Shown one piece after another: positions 51,688 through 61,567 of a stretch of DNA of 61,567 nt. A program made the position numbers and the translations under genes. The number at the start of each line of letters is the position of its first letter. The stretch's first letter is position 1. The notes below the pieces were generated by a model. The model saw only the letters and a program-made list of their open reading frames with translations. It had not been told where the DNA came from and did no database searches. Origin of the DNA: Candidatus Krumholzibacteriota bacterium (GTDB lineage: Bacteria > Krumholzibacteriota > Krumholzibacteriia > JAJRXK01); NCBI GenBank assembly GCA_963727455.1, contig CAVSGG010000014.1:1-61567 (forward strand), written 5' to 3'.

Positions 51688-52907
51688 GCCAGCCGCTCTT
51701 CGCGCACGTGAATGCTCTCGGGAACCTTGTGGTGGACGATCCACGCCGCCAGGAGCGAGAGTGCGCCCCCGATATAGAAGGGGAGCTGGAAACTGACCAG
51801 AGCCAGGATCCCGGCGATGAGCGGACCCACCGCGATCCCCAATCCGAATCCCATGGTGATGACACTCATTTGGAGCCCTTCGTTTCCGGCGGGCGAGAGA
51901 TCGGCGGCCAGAGCGAACGAGGGGGCGGCGATCCCGGCCGAGGCGAGCCCTTGAATCAGGCGCAGTCCCGTGAGCTGAAAGGTCGAGGCGACCAATCCCA
52001 GAAGAGCGGTCGAAGGTGCCATGAGCAAGAGGCCGAAGATGATGAGTGGCTTGCGTCCGACGCGGTCGGACAGTTGCCCCAGGGGAATCTGGAACACGAG
52101 CCGGCTCACCATGAGAGCGCTGAAGGCCACGCTGAAGGCGAACGCGGTTTGGTCGAGACGCTCGTTGAATTGCACCTCGAGCGTACTCATCATGGTCAGC
52201 ATGGTGGCCATCACGAAGGTGGCGGCGCCCAGGCTGATGACTCCCTCCGAGAGTACGCCGCGACCGAAGAGCCGAAAGGTCGTGCGCGGTCTTGATGCCT
52301 GCACCCCGTTCTCGCTCGTCACATCCCGCACCCAGAGCTGAACCAGGATCATGCCCAAGAGGATGAAGCCGGTTCCCGCCAAGAAGGCTGCATCGAAACC
52401 ATAATGGACGTGGAGGAAGCCCCCGATCAGAGGTCCCGCGGCAAATCCCACGATCCGCATGGTGGAGTAGATGCCCATGGAGCCGCCACGCGAACTCTTG
52501 TGCGTGGCCGAGGTCATCAGCGCCATGGAGGCGGGAATGGTGATGGCCACCCCCACCCCCTGGATCGCTCGTAGCAGCAGCAGATCCACGAAACGGGTGG
52601 CGAAGATGAAGAGGAAGGTGCTCAGGGCCATCACGAACAGCCCGGCCAGAATGAAGATCTTGCGGCGCTGGAAGCGATCGCTCAGAGAACCCATGTACGG
52701 TTGCAGCACGGAGTTCACGATCCCGTAGAGCGAGATCAGAATTCCCACCCGTACCGATTCGGGCACGTGGAACCAGGGGGCCGGCAGCTCTGCGACGTAG
52801 AGCGGGATGACGATGAAGAGCAGGCTGTTGCCGATCGCATCACCCAAGCGGGCCACTGAGAGGGCGAGGACGACTCGGTTCATCCCCAGCGATTCCGGTA
52901 CCTTCAT
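51678..52907 (-). CDS. MFS transporter (DHA1-like)
   Basis: About 12 TM helices; GSLSDRFQRR and GQLSDRVGRK motif A. Confidence 0.9.
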   Translation of the reverse strand: MKVPESLGMNRVVLALSVARLGDAIGNSLLFIVIPLYVAELPAPWFHVPESVRVGILISLYGIVNSVLQPYMGSLSDRFQRRKIFILAGLFVMALSTFLFIFATRFVDLLLLRAIQGVGVAITIPASMALMTSATHKSSRGGSMGIYSTMRIVGFAAGPLIGGFLHVHYGFDAAFLAGTGFILLGMILVQLWVRDVTSENGVQASRPRTTFRLFGRGVLSEGVISLGAATFVMATMLTMMSTLEVQFNERLDQTAFAFSVAFSALMVSRLVFQIPLGQLSDRVGRKPLIIFGLLLMAPSTALLGLVASTFQLTGLRLIQGLASAGIAAPSFALAADLSPAGNEGLQMSVITMGFGLGIAVGPLIAGILALVSFQLPFYIGGALSLLAAWIVHHKVPESIHVREERLAQR

Positions 52908-52958
52908 TCCACCCTCGTTCCACACATGACTAAAAGCGTCCGTGCCAGCGGCGCCCTC

Positions 52959-54080
52959 TCATCCCTTCGATTCGGCTCCCGTCGCATCGAGATGCGAGGC
53001 GTAGTCGACGAAAAAGGCCGCGACCCTGGGCAGGTAGTCGTCGAAACCGGAGTAGCGCCCGCGATTTTGCTCGTACTCCGCCAGCCATTTTGTCAACTCG
53101 GGCATCCACAGAAACGAGCGCTTCACTTCGTATTGGACTCGTTTCTCTGCGTCCTCTTTGTCGCCGTGGGCGAGAAGATAACGAATTACCACCGCCCGCA
53201 CGAGGGATTCGTCCACCATGATCTGCCAGTTGGGATAAGCCATGCGTTCCATCGCGGGCGCGACGGTTTCGAAGATCTTGCTAGCCGGGGCCTCGAACGC
53301 ACCACGATGGGCCTGGACCAGATCGTTCACGAAGGAATGACTGAATTCGTGAACGATGAGCTCCAGGGCGTCGGCCCCTACCACCGGCATGCCCTCCTTG
53401 TCTGTGGAGTTGATTCCCACGATGGCGTAGAACTTCTCCTTTCCCTGCGCATCGAGGTACTTGGGCCCATAGCTGGCGGGACCATCGATCATGGCTGGAA
53501 CGATGGTGAAGGACTCGCCGGGAGCGAAGCCGAAATAGTCTTGCAGCCATTTCGCGTCCAGCTGGGCATCGACGAAGGACTGCATGGCGCGAACGGTGTG
53601 CTGGTAAATTGCGGCATGCTCTTCGTAGAAGCGCTTGAAGTCGCTCTTTTTTACGAAGTCGGCCAACTCATCGATGAACCTGCGCGCGTCGCTTTCGGTC
53701 CATCGCCCATCGGCATAGAGCTGCAAAGACTCATCGTCGAGAGAGCGGATCGGCGCGGGAGTGAAGGCATCGTCGAGGTGCAAGGCCATCTGCATTACCG
53801 CGTCGAAACTGATGCCATGGGATTTGCGCAACTCCTTGGCCAATGCGACCACGGGATGGTCGCGATAGGGCGCAAAGTAGTCATCGACATCGTTTAGATA
53901 GAGCTCCACCTGTCCCTGGCTGAACTCCGGGTGGCCGCCGATACGGTAAACGACTCCCAAGAGCTCCACGCGGGGGTCAATTTCTACCGTGACCGTGTGC
54001 TCGGGAGCCGCCGCCGCCATGGTGGCCGCGAGAAGGATGCTGTAAAGCACGAGAAACCCAAGAAGAGATCTTGAATTCAT
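52959..54080 (-). CDS. DUF4932 domain secreted protein (gluzincin-like HExxH)
   Basis: Signal peptide; IDPRVELL; HEFSHSFVN; Y.NW...ESLVRA; AGGAGG RBS. Confidence 0.82.
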   Translation of the reverse strand: MNSRSLLGFLVLYSILLAATMAAAAPEHTVTVEIDPRVELLGVVYRIGGHPEFSQGQVELYLNDVDDYFAPYRDHPVVALAKELRKSHGISFDAVMQMALHLDDAFTPAPIRSLDDESLQLYADGRWTESDARRFIDELADFVKKSDFKRFYEEHAAIYQHTVRAMQSFVDAQLDAKWLQDYFGFAPGESFTIVPAMIDGPASYGPKYLDAQGKEKFYAIVGINSTDKEGMPVVGADALELIVHEFSHSFVNDLVQAHRGAFEAPASKIFETVAPAMERMAYPNWQIMVDESLVRAVVIRYLLAHGDKEDAEKRVQYEVKRSFLWMPELTKWLAEYEQNRGRYSGFDDYLPRVAAFFVDYASHLDATGAESKG

Positions 54081-54328
54081 CCCCAAGTCCTCCTGATCGT
54101 ACTGCTTGTAGACGAAGGGCCACGCGCTGTGCGGGCCGACTGCGGCGGGATGCGCTTAGTTTAGATCCGGCTGGCAGCCGGTGCAATATGTGGTTATCCG
54201 ACTTATTGCCAACTTTTCGCGCTAGAGCCCGTAGGGCCTTGGGATGCCACAGGGCTTCAGAACCGAGCACCGAAGGCTGGGAAGCAGAAAGCCTCGCAGA
54301 TCACTTGTTTTTTCCTCGGAGGTAGACC

Positions 54329-56173
54329 GTGCGTCAGCGCCACTTCTCTCTCGTTTTGACACTCGTGGCCCTGATCTGCAGTGCAACCGCGCCGAGTGCC
54401 GTCTCTGGGAACGACGCGAAGCCCTCCGTCTCCCAGCTCATCGCCAAGCACCTTCAGTGGTTGGGCGGCGAGGAGGCGCTGAGCAAGCTCTCGACGCTGC
54501 GAATGAGCGGCACACTGAAAACAGCCGGCGTGAAAGGCAGCGTCTCCGCGCTCATGCGACGCGACGGCTACTCTCGTACGGACTACGATCTGAAGGTGTT
54601 CAAGGGGGCGCAAGCCATCACGCCCGAGGACGCCTGGAGCTTGAATGCGAGTGGACAGGTGGAGGAACTCGGGAAGAACCAAGCGAAGAGCCTTCGACGC
54701 GAACTTTCCCGATCCTTCGGGGTGCCTTTTCTCAGCGATTCTCTGAGCTGGAAGAGGATGGATCCTGAAGAGCGAGGTGGGCGCTCGTGGACCGTCCTGC
54801 GGCTCGAGTACCCCAACCGCGACACCTGGGATCTCTTTCTTGATCCTGAGGATGGAAGCTCGGAGTGGTCGCGCAGCATGGAAGACACCAAGACGACATG
54901 GATTCACGACAGCGACTTTCGAATCGTAGATGGGGTTCGGATGGCGTTTCAAAGCGAGCAAAGTGGTGAGGATCCAGGCGATTCCAATCTGGTGAGCTGG
55001 TCGAAGATTGAAACTAACGTGGAGATCGCGCCGACGGCCTTCTCACGTCCCGCCACACGCAAGATCGCGCGCATCGTGGGGGGTGCCGCGAGCACGCCTT
55101 GGATGAAGACGGTTTCCAACGATCCGCGGTCGATTCGTCTGAGAGGTGAGATCAACGGCAGAGCGGCCGACATCCTGCTCGACTCCGGCGCGGGCATCAC
55201 GGTCGTCTCGCGTTCCTTGGCCAAGGAACTGAAGCTGAAGTCCGAGGGCGCGCTCACGGCCGAAGGAACCGCTGCGAGCGCGGAGGCGGCTCTGGTGGGC
55301 GGAATCAAGCTAAAGCTCGGCGAGCTGGAACTCGACGGAATTACGGCGGCCACCATCGACCTTTCGCAGATCAACGCCCAGCTTCCGCGGCCTTTGGAAG
55401 TAATCCTGGGCAAGGAGCTCTTTCACGCGATGCTCGTCGACGTGGACTACCCGAATTCGCGCGTGCGATTTTGCGATCCCGAAAGCTTCGAGAATACCGG
55501 GCTGGGCCACAAGGTCGCCATTCTGCCCGCCGCGGACGGACACAAGCTCATCGAGATTAATATCGAAAATCTCCCGCCCGCGCTCGTCGATGTCGACACA
55601 GGGAGTGGTGCGACATTGGACATCTTCGGCTTCTACGCGGACGAGAACGAACTCTTGAAAAACCGCGCTCGCGTATCGGAGGCCATGGCGGCCGGGGTGG
55701 GGGGTACGACCGTCAACAAGATCGCCTCGCTCGAAACCCTCACTGTAGGCGGTTACGAGTTGCGCGGGGTTCCGGTGGGCTTCTTCCAGGGAAAGAAAGG
55801 TTCCTTTCACACGCGTCGGATCGCGGGCAATCTCGGAGCGGGCATCCTCTCCCGCTTCAGGATCCTCTTCGACTATCCGGATCAGGCCCTATGGTTGACT
55901 CCCGGCGAGAACTGGGACCGTCCCTTCGAGCGCAACCGCACGGGACTGCAGACCACCTACGACGACGGGGCCCTGCGCGTGGTCTTCGTCGCCCCGGGAA
56001 GTCCTGCCGAGAAGGCGGGGTGGAAGGCAGGGGAGAGGATCGTGGCGATCGACGGCGAGAAGGTGAAGCGAGACGACTCCCGCGCCTGGCGGCGGCAGCC
56101 CGCGGGAACCAAGGTTCAGCTCAAGACCGACAAGGGGGAGCAGCGCGAACTCTTGCTGGCGGACTACTACTAG
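54329..56173 (+). CDS. Secreted twin retropepsin-like aspartyl protease with PDZ domain and a LolA-like N-terminus
   Basis: LLDSGA..ILG and VDTGS..GNLG; PDZ motif GSPAEKAG..GERIVAIDG. Confidence 0.88.
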   Translation: MRQRHFSLVLTLVALICSATAPSAVSGNDAKPSVSQLIAKHLQWLGGEEALSKLSTLRMSGTLKTAGVKGSVSALMRRDGYSRTDYDLKVFKGAQAITPEDAWSLNASGQVEELGKNQAKSLRRELSRSFGVPFLSDSLSWKRMDPEERGGRSWTVLRLEYPNRDTWDLFLDPEDGSSEWSRSMEDTKTTWIHDSDFRIVDGVRMAFQSEQSGEDPGDSNLVSWSKIETNVEIAPTAFSRPATRKIARIVGGAASTPWMKTVSNDPRSIRLRGEINGRAADILLDSGAGITVVSRSLAKELKLKSEGALTAEGTAASAEAALVGGIKLKLGELELDGITAATIDLSQINAQLPRPLEVILGKELFHAMLVDVDYPNSRVRFCDPESFENTGLGHKVAILPAADGHKLIEINIENLPPALVDVDTGSGATLDIFGFYADENELLKNRARVSEAMAAGVGGTTVNKIASLETLTVGGYELRGVPVGFFQGKKGSFHTRRIAGNLGAGILSRFRILFDYPDQALWLTPGENWDRPFERNRTGLQTTYDDGALRVVFVAPGSPAEKAGWKAGERIVAIDGEKVKRDDSRAWRRQPAGTKVQLKTDKGEQRELLLADYY

Positions 56174-56391
56174 GAAGCCACTCCCGAGAGGTCGGAGTCC
56201 GGGCATTCGCGAACGCAATGAGGACAATTCGCTCGCATACCCCGTGAACGCTCAGCTTTCATTCCCTACCGAGTGTGCTAAGATCCGCCGAAACCTATCT
56301 CCTTAGAGTCCAGCAATTGCGCATCGCTCGAACTTCAATGCGGGCGATGACGGTGGACCGTTTCGCCGTGAGCGAATGAAAGGGTGTCTCC

Positions 56392-57162
56392 ATGTCGATG
56401 ACAAAGTTCCGAATCGGCCTTTTGCTCGGCCTTGCCGTGTTGTGCTTCAGTATTCCCTCCTGGGCCCAGGACCAATGGTCATGGCCCGAGAAGGCCAAGA
56501 ACCTGAAGGTCCTTCCCAAGGACATCAGCAAGGAGAACCTACGAGATACCATGCACGGTTTCTCGCGTGGTCTGGGCGTCCACTGTGCCCACTGCCATGA
56601 AGGGGAAGAGGGCAAGCCGCTCTCCACCTACGATTTCGCCTCCGACAAGAACCCGAACAAGGACCGCGCGCGCGAGATGATGCGCATGCTGGGAGATATC
56701 CACGAGCATCTGAAGAAGATCCAACCCAGCGGAGATCAGGCGGTTCGCGTCTCCTGCTACACCTGTCACCATGGGCGCCCGCGCCCTATGACTCTGGCAG
56801 CAGAGCTGACAGAGTCGTTCCGCAAGGACGGGGTCGATTCGGCTCTGAGCACCTACGACCAGCTCCACGAGAACTACTACGGCAGAGGCGTGTACGATTT
56901 CGATAGCGAGGAAGCGCTAAACGTCTTGGGTTACACCGTGCTTGCCACGAAGGACTATGAGGGGGCCATCCGCGTGTTCAAGATGAACGCCGACAAGTTC
57001 CCCGATTCGGGCAACGTCTGGGACAGCCTGGCCGAGGCCTACATGAAATCCGGTGACATGAAGCAGGCCGAGGAATACTATGAGAAATCACTGAAACTGG
57101 AACCGAGAAATCGGAATGCCGCGGAGATGCTGAAGAAGATCAGGGGTGACGGAGGGGATTGA
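56392..57162 (+). CDS. Diheme c-type cytochrome (RC-cytochrome-like fold) fused to TPR repeats
   Basis: NLKVL, LGVHCAHCH, AREMMRM and CYTCH; LNVLGY..WDSLAEAY TPR. Confidence 0.85.
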   Translation: MSMTKFRIGLLLGLAVLCFSIPSWAQDQWSWPEKAKNLKVLPKDISKENLRDTMHGFSRGLGVHCAHCHEGEEGKPLSTYDFASDKNPNKDRAREMMRMLGDIHEHLKKIQPSGDQAVRVSCYTCHHGRPRPMTLAAELTESFRKDGVDSALSTYDQLHENYYGRGVYDFDSEEALNVLGYTVLATKDYEGAIRVFKMNADKFPDSGNVWDSLAEAYMKSGDMKQAEEYYEKSLKLEPRNRNAAEMLKKIRGDGGD

Positions 57163-57294
57163 GACCAGGCCGCTAGAGCCACCCTTCCGAAATCACGGCT
57201 ACATCACTGATCCGCGGGGCTTGGAGGGGTCCATCGTGGCTCCGGGGTAACTCAGAGAGAATTTGCGCGCGAACCGCGAGCAGCAGATCTGAGG

Positions 57295-59319
57295 TTGGTT
57301 GCCACGGCAATCCTCTCGATGATGCTGCTCGCGTTGTTGCTCCATTCTAGCGCTTCCCCCTACGACCCGGACGTTCCCCTCCCCTGGGACATGTCTCACC
57401 ATTTCCTCGGTGCGTTGCAATGCAGGGATGCAATCGCACACCACTCTCTTTCCAACTTCAGCAGGGCACTCTTCGAGTCCGATCTGTATCCGCCCGGGCA
57501 CTCCGTCATTCTAGGGAGCTGGCTTCTCGCGGTGGGCTCATCCACCCTCAGCCTCTTTCTTTTTCGCTGCTTCGTGCTGTGGATCTTCGTTCTGGCGATG
57601 GTATGGGCGGCGGGACCACTGTTGAGGTGCAAGAGTTGGCTGGTGGTGACCCTTGGCTGCCTCCTCCTGGGATGCTATGGCCGCTTCATGGCCCTGGCCG
57701 GTAGCTATATGGTGGATGCTCCCGCGGCGGTCTTGGCTCTTTTGTCATTGGCCGCACTCGCCTGGGCGATGCAGCGCAGGGGTTTCTTCAGTCTGTTGTC
57801 TGCGTTCGCATTGGTGAGCTTCACGCTTCTAACCAAGTACAATGTGGGTCTGCCACTGATTCCGGCCGCGCTCGCTCTGGGGGGAGTGAGCTGGATACGG
57901 CACGAGCGCGCATTTGCGCTCAAGATTTGCGCGGTGGGCCTCTTGGCTCTCGTGGTATGGGCTCTGTTTCTCACTGTACAAGTCGATGGATGGAATGCCT
58001 TCCTGCAATTTGCCTCCAACCGGGCTAATTCTCTCGATTGGTCGATGCTCCAACGACTGCGTTGGTATCGGGATGTCTTTGTGAAGGAGTCCTTCGTTTG
58101 GCCCACACTGGGTTGGAGCTGTCTCGCGCTCGCCCTCCTGGCACTTGTGCTGGAACACAGGCCTTTCATCCTGGTGAGCGGAGTATACGTCGGCAGCACA
58201 CTCATGGCTTTGTCTCGACACCCCTATCTCCTGGAGCGGAACCTGCTCCCGTCCGGTCTCATTCTCATCATGTTGGCCGCAATTGGTGGAGCCATTCTCC
58301 TGGATCGTTTCGCGACGGTGCTTCCTCATAGCGCTCACGCTCCCTTGCTGATTCTGGGCTGTGCCGCAGCCGGATACGCCCTGCTTGGATCGGAGGGAAT
58401 GGCGCGTGAGCGTACGAAGCGGGTGTTCGGGTGGAATGGGCAGCGACTGGAAGCGGTTTCGAGTTTCATCGACGCCGGGATGCGTCAGCATCCCACTTGT
58501 CGGGTCGTTGGTACCTTCGATGCGTTCAGCCCCGGTTGGGTGCAAATTCTCGCCAAAAGGATTCCCCTGGCGAGTCGTCCGCAGCTCGCGATTGGATTTC
58601 CCTATCCCGGTACGAGTTCCAGAACGGGGATCGACCCCGCGCCAGACGCGCGATATTTGGCTACGGTTCGGAATTGGGAGCAACGCGAAGATCCAGAGTT
58701 CGTGATAGATATCGATGTGCTTCCAAGCTCTGTTTTCCATGACCGCGATTACGAGCTCTGGAACGCTTGGAAACAGAACCTCATTCGTGCGATTCGCTCC
58801 TCGCCTAGTGCGCGCCTCTTAGCGCGCGCGAGTGCGGATTCGCAGCGCGTGGTCGTGGAGGCACTCTCGCTGGAAAATGCTCCCATCCAATTTGGTGAGG
58901 GTTGGGGGCCGGAAGAACCATGGGGGCGCTGGGCCAACCGAAAAGAGGCCACTCTTCGGATTCCAGCTCCTGCGGCCGGGAGCCAGGTCGAGCTCACGGC
59001 TGCTGGTTTCGACGGCCAGAAGCAGAAGCAAGCGTGTACTGTCAGCTGTGAGGGCGAAATCATTGCCCGCTTCGAGGTCGATCCCACACCGTGGCAATGG
59101 CACACCTATGTGTTTCGGCTTCCCGGCGGTCACGGGGAAGGTTCACTCGTGATCACTTTTCACTTCGAGTACCTGGACCCCGGTGACAAGTTCGATCCCC
59201 GGCCGCGTTCCCTTCCCTTCAGGTCGATTTTGGTCTCGGTTCCGGGATTCGCCCCCCCCCCCCGTGAACCGCCACAGGAGCGATTCTCGCTTCTCAGCCT
59301 CCCGCAATCGCGCCAATGA
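57295..59319 (+). CDS. GT-C (ArnT/PMT-like) membrane glycosyltransferase with periplasmic C-terminal domain
   Basis: WD..H, YPP and LTKY motifs; many TM helices; C-terminal GW..E.WGRW module; start uncertain. Confidence 0.65.
   Translation: MVATAILSMMLLALLLHSSASPYDPDVPLPWDMSHHFLGALQCRDAIAHHSLSNFSRALFESDLYPPGHSVILGSWLLAVGSSTLSLFLFRCFVLWIFVLAMVWAAGPLLRCKSWLVVTLGCLLLGCYGRFMALAGSYMVDAPAAVLALLSLAALAWAMQRRGFFSLLSAFALVSFTLLTKYNVGLPLIPAALALGGVSWIRHERAFALKICAVGLLALVVWALFLTVQVDGWNAFLQFASNRANSLDWSMLQRLRWYRDVFVKESFVWPTLGWSCLALALLALVLEHRPFILVSGVYVGSTLMALSRHPYLLERNLLPSGLILIMLAAIGGAILLDRFATVLPHSAHAPLLILGCAAAGYALLGSEGMARERTKRVFGWNGQRLEAVSSFIDAGMRQHPTCRVVGTFDAFSPGWVQILAKRIPLASRPQLAIGFPYPGTSSRTGIDPAPDARYLATVRNWEQREDPEFVIDIDVLPSSVFHDRDYELWNAWKQNLIRAIRSSPSARLLARASADSQRVVVEALSLENAPIQFGEGWGPEEPWGRWANRKEATLRIPAPAAGSQVELTAAGFDGQKQKQACTVSCEGEIIARFEVDPTPWQWHTYVFRLPGGHGEGSLVITFHFEYLDPGDKFDPRPRSLPFRSILVSVPGFAPPPREPPQERFSLLSLPQSRQ
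59252..59263. repeat. C12 homopolymer
   Basis: 12 consecutive C near the 3' end of the GT-C gene. Confidence 0.9.
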
Positions 59320-59590
59320 TGAGAAGGGGCTCCTTTCCCAGGCACACTGCCTCGGGGAGCTCGGTCTCCAGCGGCCGATTCGAAAAGTCCTCTTCGCAGG
59401 CGTAGAAGCGCAAGAAGGGACGTCGCTGGCGGGTGCTGTGATCACGAATGGTGCCACTCAAGACGGGAAAGCGCAGTTCGAGCGCGTCAAGCACGCTCGC
59501 GATGGTCAGTGGTTCTTTTGGCTCGAGCTGTACCTCTCCGCCCACTTGGGCAAGGGTTCTCAGGTGCTGGGGCAGCATCACGCGTATCAA
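59294..59590 (-). CDS. MoaD/ThiS-family ubiquitin-like protein
   Basis: [16 protein letters not shown] and C-terminal AIAGG. Confidence 0.9.
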   Translation of the reverse strand: MIRVMLPQHLRTLAQVGGEVQLEPKEPLTIASVLDALELRFPVLSGTIRDHSTRQRRPFLRFYACEEDFSNRPLETELPEAVCLGKEPLLIIGAIAGG

Positions 59591-59602
59591 GGCAAGCTCC
59601 AG

Positions 59603-60763
59603 TTAGCTGAGGGTCTGAACTTCCACCGACAGTACTTTCGGCAAGTCGCGCGCAATGGCGGTCCAGTTGTCACCGCTGTCACTGGATGCATAAACTTCGC
59701 CGCCGGTGGTTCCGAAGTAGATACCGCAGGAATCGAGAGAATCGACCGCCATTGCATCGCGCAAGACGTTCACGTAGCAATGACTCTGTGGAAGTCCCTT
59801 GGTGAGCGCTTCCCACTCGTTGCCACCGCTCTTACTGCGATAGACCCGCAGCTTGCCTTCAGGAGGATAATGCTCCGAGTCGCTCTTGATGGGCACCACG
59901 TAAATGGTCTCCGGCTCGTGCGCGTGTACTTCGATGGGGAAGCCGAAGTCGCTGGGGAGGTTTCCGCTGACCTCGTACCAGTTTTCCCCGGCGTCGTCGC
60001 TGCGATTGACGTCCCAGTGCTTCTGCATGAACAAAACCGAAGGCCGCGAGGGGTGCATGGCGATGCTGTGCACGCAATGTCCCACTTCGAAGCTCTTGTC
60101 GGGTAGCTCGTAGGCCGTCTTGAGTCCCTTCGTGATGGGCTTCCAGCTTCCGCCCCCGTCGTCGCTGCGAAACACGCCGGCGGCCGAGATGGCCACGTAA
60201 ATGCGATTTTCGTCGTTTGGGTCGAGCAGGATTGTATGCAAGCACATACCACCGGCGCCGGGCTGCCAGAGCTCGCCCTTGGCCTGCCGCAAGGCGGGAC
60301 GTTCCTGCCAGCTCTTGCCTCCGTCTTTGCTGTGAAAGAGCGCGGCGTCTTCGACACCCGCGAAGACCGCTTCCGGATCGTCCAGGGAGGGTTCGAGGTG
60401 CCATACGCGTTTGAACTCCCAGGGGCGCGGCGTTCCGTCGTACCAGCGGTGTTCACCGACTTTACCCTCGTACACAAAGCGGTTGCTCTTACCGGCCGGG
60501 GGCTCTCCGGGTGTCGGCATCTTCTCGCCGCCGGGAGGCGACCAGGTCTTCCCACCATCGTCCGACCGTTGCAGGATCTGACCGAACCAACCGCTGGATT
60601 GCGATGCGTAGATCCGCTGGGGATCGACGGGCGATCCTTTCAGGTGATAGATCTCCCAGCCGCCGAAATGCGGACCGTCGATCGTCCAGTTCTTACGCCG
60701 TCCGTCCGCGCTGAGAACGAAAGCACCTTTCTTGGTGCCTACGAGAACCCTTACACTGCTCAT
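59603..60763 (-). CDS. BNR/Asp-box beta-propeller protein (often labelled exo-alpha-sialidase)
   Basis: VGTKKG; repeated S-x-D-x-G-x-T/S-W Asp boxes; AAGGAGG RBS; no signal peptide. Confidence 0.88.
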   Translation of the reverse strand: MSSVRVLVGTKKGAFVLSADGRRKNWTIDGPHFGGWEIYHLKGSPVDPQRIYASQSSGWFGQILQRSDDGGKTWSPPGGEKMPTPGEPPAGKSNRFVYEGKVGEHRWYDGTPRPWEFKRVWHLEPSLDDPEAVFAGVEDAALFHSKDGGKSWQERPALRQAKGELWQPGAGGMCLHTILLDPNDENRIYVAISAAGVFRSDDGGGSWKPITKGLKTAYELPDKSFEVGHCVHSIAMHPSRPSVLFMQKHWDVNRSDDAGENWYEVSGNLPSDFGFPIEVHAHEPETIYVVPIKSDSEHYPPEGKLRVYRSKSGGNEWEALTKGLPQSHCYVNVLRDAMAVDSLDSCGIYFGTTGGEVYASSDSGDNWTAIARDLPKVLSVEVQTLS

Positions 60764-60822
60764 CGCATCCTCCTTCGGTGAACTCCAAGTTTCACCCCAA
60801 TCAAGCGTTCGTGGCAACGCAA

Positions 60823-61567
60823 TTAGCGTGGCACTTCGTATTCAATTTCCGCAGCAATCAGGAGTTCAGGATCTCCATCTCGGATCGACCACTTCATCAG
60901 GGTTTGCACCGAGGGCTTCAGTCGCCGTCGTGTGCTCTTTCCATTGACCACGATCTCGATGGGCCTCGTGAAATCAAATTCGCCGTCTCCGAGCAGCAAC
61001 TTGAAACGCCGCACGTTGCGCGTGGTGACGGTGATGGTGTTGCCTTGCCGGCGCACGCTCAGTCGGCCGGAAGGCCCATGGCGCGGGAAGGCCTGCGCGC
61101 GCCGCGGGGGATGGAGGTCGGGAAACAAAACCGTATTCAGGGGGTCCGGATCGGGAGCGGCTTTGTTGCCGATCGATTCGAGGATCAGCCACGAGCAGCG
61201 GCCATTGTGCAGAGGATCATCGGTTTCCCAGACCAGGGAATCGGGAAGGGGATCGCGCGGATGCGCGGCGCGAAACTCGCGGAAGGTCCGCGATTCCTGC
61301 GGCCACCAGCGCACCGAGTGTCCGCCGGGTTCCACTTTGATTTCCAGCGTGGCGCCTGCTCGCTCGAAAAGATCCAGGTAAGGCTTCAAGGCCTTGGCCG
61401 GATAGAGAGGATCGTCCTTCCCATTGACCACCATGAGGGCCCGGCCCTTCAGGTTGGCGGCGAAGATGTCTCCGCTCACCCCCTCCTTCTCGTTGCGAAG
61501 TACCCAGGGGTGTCCGATGAGGGGCAGAAAGCAGGCCCAGGGAGCTGGAGCGCGCAAGGCCTGGTAG
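60823..61567 (-). CDS. C-terminal part of an alpha/beta-hydrolase (esterase/peptidase-like), truncated by the window edge
   Basis: [11 protein letters not shown] and GGHS acid/His motifs; C-terminal beta domain. Confidence 0.7.
   Translation of the reverse strand, partial: YQALRAPAPWACFLPLIGHPWVLRNEKEGVSGDIFAANLKGRALMVVNGKDDPLYPAKALKPYLDLFERAGATLEIKVEPGGHSVRWWPQESRTFREFRAAHPRDPLPDSLVWETDDPLHNGRCSWLILESIGNKAAPDPDPLNTVLFPDLHPPRRAQAFPRHGPSGRLSVRRQGNTITVTTRNVRRFKLLLGDGEFDFTRPIEIVVNGKSTRRRLKPSVQTLMKWSIRDGDPELLIAAEIEYEVPR

Noticed and set aside
56392-57162. Evidence of photosynthesis from an RC-cytochrome-like domain
   Set aside because: Only two hemes, fused to TPR, with no puf or bch genes; such domains occur in non-phototrophs.
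59603-60763. True sialidase
   Set aside because: Asp boxes alone are not diagnostic; no RIP motif or signal peptide was seen, and the context is a MoaD-like partner.
1-61567. Prophage, IS element, integron or rRNA/tRNA genes
   Set aside because: No integrase, transposase, phage structural gene, attC array or structural RNA signature was recognised by eye; a covariance-model scan would be needed to exclude small RNAs.

Overview
A GC-rich window of a diderm bacterial chromosome with about 48 densely packed CDS. I recognised no rRNA, tRNA, CRISPR array, integrase or transposase. FlgD-Ig/T9SS-A-like C-terminal tails plus short 'FGxxKSQY' tails suggest an FCB-related candidate phylum such as Krumholzibacteria, Latescibacterota or Eisenbacteria (inference). 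Most genes serve envelope, secretion, transport and redox roles: secreted nuclease, tricorn and aspartic proteases, MacAB-type and RND exporters, a TlpA-DUF4266-DUF3570-ApbE flavinylation locus, a Mo-hydroxylase pair, an ECF sigma/anti-sigma pair, DPSL, a cation-chloride cotransporter, amt plus porin, and mutM. Best leads: (1) a hidden selenoprotein, where two ORFs join through an in-frame UGA into a lipoprotein thioredoxin-fold protein with a UGYC motif and a well-placed SECIS-like hairpin; (2) a four-gene cyclic-nucleotide cassette (FHA-adenylate cyclase, class II phosphodiesterase, Cys-rich flavoenzyme, stand-alone cNMP-binding protein); (3) a shared C-terminal FG-x-[VI]-KSQY tail on two unrelated secreted proteins, a candidate sorting signal; (4) a multi-hairpin leader with AAGC motifs at exact 22-nt spacing upstream of an RRM protein gene; (5) a MauG-type diheme enzyme / Tat metallophosphoesterase / possibly Cys-ligated cytochrome operon; (6) phased palindromic boxes between a NarL-type two-component system and amt. 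Family calls come from motif recognition by eye; no searches were run.
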